Translations under genes and position numbers: made by a program
From: the human T2T-CHM13v2.0 reference genome, Homo sapiens
Assembly (NCBI RefSeq): GCF_009914755.1
Contig: NC_060932.1
Length of the DNA: 64,000 bases
Strand: one strand, 5' to 3'
In this document: positions 58,391 through 64,000 of the stretch, one piece after another
Layout of the letters: each line of letters starts with the position of its first letter
Numbering within the stretch: the stretch's first letter is position 1
Notes under the pieces: model-generated
Told to the model about the DNA's origin: nothing
Database searches by the model: none
Seen by the model: only the letters and a program-made list of their open reading frames with translations

Positions 58391-61227
58391 TGTATCATGC
58401 TGCTAATAAAGACATACCCAAGACTGGGTAACGTATAAAGAAAAGGGGTTTAATGGAATCACAGTTCCACATGGCCAGGGAGACCTCACAATCATGAGAG
58501 AAGGCAAAGGAGAAGCAAAGGCACATCTTACGTGGTGTCAGGCAAGAGAGCATGTGTAAGGGAACTAACTCCCCTTTATAAGACCATCAGATATCATGAG
58601 ACTTATTCACTATCACGAGAATAGCATGGGAAAGACCCACCCCATGTATCAATTACCTCCCATCGGGTACCTCCCATTACATATGGGAATTATGGGAGCT
58701 ATATTTTAAGATGAAATTTTGGTGGAGACACAGCCAAACTATATCATTCTGCCCTGGCCTCTCCCAAATCTCATATCCTTACATTTCACAACCAATCATG
58801 CCTTTCAAACAGTCCCCCAAAGTCTTATCTCATTTCAGCATTAACTCAAAAGTCCACAGTCCAAAGTCTCATCAGAGACAAGGCAAGTCCCTTCCACTTA
58901 TGAGCCTGTAAAATCAAAAACAAATTAGTTACTTCCAACATACGATGGGGGTACAGGCATTGGGTAAATACACCTGTTCCAAATGGGAAAAATTGGCCAA
59001 AATAAAGGGGCTACAGGCCCTATTCAAGTTCAAAATTCAATGGGGCAGTCAAATCTTAAAGCTCCAAAGTGATCCCCTTTGACTACATGTCTCACATCCA
59101 GGTCACTCTTATACAAGAGGTGGGTTTCCCATGGCCTTGGGCAGCTCCACCCCTGTGGCTTTGCAGGGTACAGCCCCCCTCCTGGCTGATTTCATGGGCT
59201 GGAGCTAAGTTCTGCGGCTTTTCCAGGTGCACAGTGCAAGTCTACCATTCTGGGGTCTGGAAGACGGTGGCCCTCTTCTTACAGCTCTACTAGGCAGTGC
59301 CCCAGTAGGGACCTTGTGTGCGGGTTCTGACCTCACATTCTCCTTCCACACTACCTTAGCAGAAGTTCTCCATGAGGGTTCCTCCCAGGCACCATACCTC
59401 TGCCTGGACATCCAGGCATTTCCATACACCCGCTGAAATCTAGGCAGGTTCTAAACCTCAATTCTTTTTTTTTTTAATTATTATTATTATACTTTAAGTT
59501 TTAGGGTACATGTGCACAATGTGCAGGTTTGTTACATATGTATACTTATGCCATGTTGGTGTGCTGCACCCATTAACTCGTCATTTAGCATTAGGTATAT
59601 CTCCTAATGCTATCCCTCCCCCCTCCCCCCACCCCACAACAGTCCCCGGTGTGTGATGTTCCCCTTCCTGTGTCCGTGTGTTCTCATTGTTCAGTTCCCA
59701 CCTATGAGTGAGAACATGTGGTGTTTGGTTTTTTTGTCCTTGTGATAGTTTGCTGAGAATGATGGTTTCCAGCTTCATCCATGTCCCTACGAAGGACAGG
59801 AACTCATCATTTTTTATGGCTGCATAGTATTCCATGGAGAAATAGGAACACTTTTACACTGTTGGTGGGACTGCAAACTAGTTCAACCACTGTGGAAGTC
59901 GGTGTGGCGATTCCTCAGGGATCTAGAACTAGAAATACCATTTGACCCAGCCATCCCATTACTGGGTATATACCCAAAGGATTATAAATCATGCTGCTAT
60001 AAAGACACATGCACACATATGTTTATTGCGGCACTAAACCTCAATTCTTGACTTCTGTGCACCTGCAGGCCCAATACCACCTGTAAGCTGCCAAAGTTTG
60101 GGACTTGCACACTCTGAGTCAATGGCCTGAGCTCTATGTTGGCCACATTTAGCCACAGCTGGGACACAGAGTACCAAGTCCCAAGACTGCACAAAGCCGC
60201 AAGGCCCTGGACCTGGCCCATGAAATCTTTTTTTTTTCCTCCTAGACCTCCTGGCTTGTGATGGGAGGGACTGCCACGAAGATCTCTGATATACCCCAGA
60301 GACATTTTCCCCATTGTCTTAGTGATTAACATTTGGCTCCTCATTACTCATGCAAATTTCTGCAGCCGGCTTGAATTTCTCCTCAGAAAATGGGTTTTTC
60401 TTTTCTGTTGCATCTTCGTGCTGAAAATTTTCTGAACTTTTATGCTCTGCTTCCTCTTTAAACATAAGTTCCAATTCCAAACCATATCTTTTTGAATACA
60501 TAAAACTGAAAGCTTTTAGCAATACCCAAGTTACCTCTTGAACGCTTTGCTGCTTAGAAATTTCTCATACCAGGTGCCATAGATCATTTCTCTCAAGTTC
60601 AAAGTTCCACAGATCTCTAGGGCAGGGGCAAAATGCCACCAGTCTCTTTGCTAAAGCCTAACAAGAGTCACCTTTGCTCCAGTTCCCAACAAGTTCCTCA
60701 TCTCCATCTGAGACCACCTCAGCCTGGACTTCATTGTCCATATCGCTATTAGCATTTTGGTCAAAACCATTCAACAAGTTTCTAGGAAGTTCCAAACTTT
60801 CTCACATCTTCCTGTCTTCTTCTGAGCCCTCCAAACTGTTCCAGCCTCTGCCTGTTTCCCAGTTCCCAAGTCAGTTCTACATTTCAGGTGTCTTTAAAGC
60901 AGCATCCCACTCTTCCAGTACCAATTTACTGTATTAACCTGTTCTCATACTGCTAATAAAGACATACCCGAGACTGGGTAATTTATAAAAGAAAAGAGGT
61001 TTAATGGGCTCACAGTTCCACGTGGCTGAGGAGGCCTCACATTCATGGAGAATGGCAAATGAGGAGCAAAGTCATGTCTTACTTATTCACTATCATGAGA
61101 ACAGCATGGGAAAGACCAACCCCTATGATTCAATTGCCTCCCACTGGGTCCCTGTCATGACACATGGGAATTATGGGAGCTACAATTTAATATGAGATTT
61201 GGGTAGGGACACAGCCAAACCATATAA
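58391..61227 (-). mobile_element. Complete THE1 (B/C-like) MaLR provirus: LTR 58391-58746, internal region, LTR 60930-61227
   Basis: Two LTRs (tgtat...ccaaac.ata.a), THE1-int text (ggcaagtcccttccac, ggtaccaatttac-like end) and 5-bp TSD ATGAT (58386-58390, 61228-61232). Confidence 0.92.
59467..60036 (-). mobile_element. L1PA3/4-like 3' end with 5' inversion, inserted in THE1-int
   Basis: Minus 3'UTR/ORF2 end 59467-59837 joined to a plus-oriented ORF2 piece 59835-60036; TSD ctaaacctcaattctt. Confidence 0.9.
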
Positions 61228-61324
61228 ATGATACAACTTTTTTTCTTGTTTAAACTTTTAATCTGTTTACGTCTTTGTATTTAAAGTGTGGTTTTGTAGG
61301 CAGTATATAATTGTGCATGTGAGC

Positions 61325-61348
61325 GTGTGTGTGTGTGTGTGTGTGTGT
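61325..61348 (+). repeat. (GT)n microsatellite
   Basis: About 12 GT units. Confidence 0.9.
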
Positions 61349-61896
61349 TTATTCAATCTCATAGTCTCTGTATTTCAGCTGGTGTATTTAAACCATTGAC
61401 ATTTAAACTGATGATTAACATGTTGGATTGAAGTTGACCATTTTGCTAGTTGTTTTTTATTTGTTCCATTTGTTTTCTGTTTCTTTTTTTTCTCTCTTCC
61501 AGCCTTCTCTGTGTTAAATTGAATGTCTTTCATGATTTCATTTTACTTCTTTTGTTTACTTATTTTTTTACATCTACCTTAGATATTATAAGTGCTTTTT
61601 AGTTTTTTGTTGAATAAATGAATTAATAAGATAATTTCTCTATAAACCATTGTAAAAGGTGGAAAACACTTTTACCTCAACCATATAATTGTTTGTATAA
61701 CTAAAAGATATAGTAAATAGCATAATAAAGAATTTAACAGTGTCTTGAATATAGAAAGAGCTCAATAGTAGTTATGATATAAGAAACTTTTTCTTTCACT
61801 ATTCTTATTTTATTTAATATTATCTGCTCTTTTAATGAAAGTCATTCCAATATGTCTATATTACTTTGTAAATTTTTAAATTATGATTTTACTTTC

Positions 61897-62224
61897 TTTC
61901 TCGTTCTTTCTTTTTATGTTTTTTTTTAAATTTTTGTTCTTTGAGACAGGGTCTTACTCTGTTGCTCAGGCTGGAGTACAGTGAAATGATCTTGGCTCAC
62001 TGCAGCCTAGACCTCCTGGGCTCAAGCAATATTCCTACCTCATCCTCCTGAGTAGCTGGGACTGCAGGTGGATGCCACCATGCCTGGCTAATTTTTATAT
62101 TTTTTGTAGAGACAGGGTTTTGCCACGATGCCCAGGCTGGTCTCAAACTCCCGAGCTCAAATGATCCATGCCCCTCAGTCTCCCAAAGTGCTGGGATTAC
62201 AAGTGTGCACCACCACGCCCAGCC
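61897..62224 (-). mobile_element. AluJ
   Basis: gagacagggtctt, cactgcagcct, ggctcaag; 15-bp TSD tatgattttactttc. Confidence 0.9.
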
Positions 62225-63365
62225 TATGATTTTACTTTCACTTAGTGAATTAAATTCATGTTTCTTTTTTTCTTCTACTATCTCTTTTTGCTTATTCTGG
62301 CTGCCAAATAGCTCTTCTTGCTTATTTTTCTGACAAAACTTATTTTTCTATAAAGGTAGCTTACTTTCACAAGTAACCTAAAATTAATCTTTTTAATAAA
62401 CAGATTATAAATATTTTTAATATTTTGATAGTATCTTTAATTATTGTGTGAATATATTTGAAGTGAAAGTACTAATATATGTAATATTAATATAAAAAAT
62501 GCCAAGTTTTCTGCATTTGCATTTACTGTTGCCCAATTCTTAATTAAAGTATTATCTCAAGTGGATATATTTTATACATGGATATTTTTAATGGAAAATA
62601 ACAAAAGAACTATTGTTAAAACCTACTCAAGTCTAAAACAACATGTATTTGGAGATTAATCAGATCAGGTTTAAAACTGTTAAAAAGTAACAAATATTCC
62701 TTAAGTTTTCCCAGATAGAATGAGAAGAAGACAAATAAATTCAAGTCATCGAGCCCAAGCTAAAATTCCCTGGTTAAAAGAAGACCAGTGAAATATATTT
62801 TTAGAGGAAGACTGAAGAAAGATATTTTACAGTGAGACACAAGCAAATTATTTGCTTGATAGCAGCTGCACAGTTTTATGTAGATAGTATGTATAAAAAT
62901 CTATTGATAATATTTTAATACAAATTTTACTTGCTTTTCATGTGATAAGTAGGTGAATGATTTCTTTTTCCAACAGTCATTTAATAATGGTGGTCATTGC
63001 TTTAATTTAGTGAGGATTCTTACTACTCTTTTTAGGATTTGGATGTGTGTGGATGTTCTAATAGTCCTGAATTCTGGTTCTAGCAGTTTCAGCCAGTTGA
63101 AGCTATGATCCGAGATAAATGTGTACTGTTACTACAGAAAACTAATTTGATACCATCTTTTACTTGATATATCTTGTTTCCTTTTGAACTTCTTCTTAGA
63201 CTAGCTGGTCTTTAAGTACAATAGTTTAAGAGTTCTGCAGTTACATTAAAAATATAATCCTTATCTTTTGGATAAAAAGGCTTTTAACATTAAGTCCATT
63301 GCATGTCTCTTTTAAAGTTATAGTCACTCCACATCTTACACTTTTGTATGTCTCCATTCCCCCCA

Positions 63366-63558
63366 CACACAGTCCTTGCCTTACAATGGCCCTATTTAGG
63401 ATTTTTGGGTTTATTATGATGGTGCAAAAGCAGTACACATTCAATACATTCAGACTTAAGATGGGGTTACTTTGAAAACACACTTTTATACTTACGATGT
63501 TTTCAACTTATGATGAGTTTATTGGGACACGTTTCCTTTGCAAGTCAAGGAACATTTG
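63366..63558 (-). mobile_element. MER47 (Tigger5 family) relic
   Basis: acttacgatgttttcaacttatgatgagtttattggga...aagtcaaggaacatttg followed by TA matches the reverse MER47 terminus. Confidence 0.7.
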
Positions 63559-64000
63559 TACTTTGTTATTAGAATTAGCTTTGGAGGCTATAAAGCTTTT
63601 TCAATGAATGACAAAAGCTGTATTCATTAGACTTCTGTGTAGAAGATTCTGCCCAGGAATCACAATTGTTATGCTAGCATATTAGTTTCTTAATTAAACA
63701 AACTTTTTTTATATGCCTATTACTGTCTGACTGTGGAGATAGTGGGATTATGATGATCTGTAAGAGCCAGTGTTTATATAGCTTGGAATATACCAGAGTA
63801 TACTTACATGAATATTAATGTTATGAAAGTAATAACATGATGGATTAAATAGTTCTTTATAATTCTCAAAAGGCTCAATCATACATTCATGTCCATCATT
63901 ACAGTTTTCAAACACTGAAACACATTATCACAATCCCATTTGAAGTATGTTAAATATTTTGCCCAAGAGCCCATGAGTGGTAAATGCAGACATAGATCTA

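Noticed and set aside
59581-59835. ORF MEYYAAIKNDEFLSFVGTWMKLETIILSKLSQ
   Set aside because: C-terminus of L1 ORF2 in a truncated insertion.
63036-63130. Acceptor ttactactctttttAG|G as a further exon
   Set aside because: No convincing donor downstream; not supportable.

Overview
Primate, almost certainly human or great-ape, AT-rich and repeat-rich non-coding DNA. It contains no recognisable protein-coding exon, RNA gene, CpG island or CRISPR-like array. The ORF track is explained by Alu, L1 or LTR translation, simple repeats or chance. The window holds 28 Alus (19 minus, 9 plus), several old L1M blocks, a ~2.7 kb L1MB-type ORF2/3'UTR segment and a complete THE1 provirus that carries a 5'-inverted (twin-primed) L1PA. 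It also has solo THE1/MLT1/MLT2 LTRs, Tigger-family DNA transposons (MER44, Tigger3, MER47), MIR/L2 relics and microsatellites. Every confidently oriented LTR is antisense to the + strand. Four short + strand segments have strong splice sites (12275-12350, 27268-27299, 31572-31691, 48234-48251). The best reading is therefore the long 5' intronic/5'UTR region of a + strand gene or lncRNA that I cannot name from sequence alone. I found no convincing novel biological system. The most interesting signals are the small-exon chain, a CpG-retention zone at 19.2-22.5 kb and several well-preserved mutational and retrotransposition scars. Repeat subfamily calls are from remembered consensus features and boundaries of old repeats are approximate.
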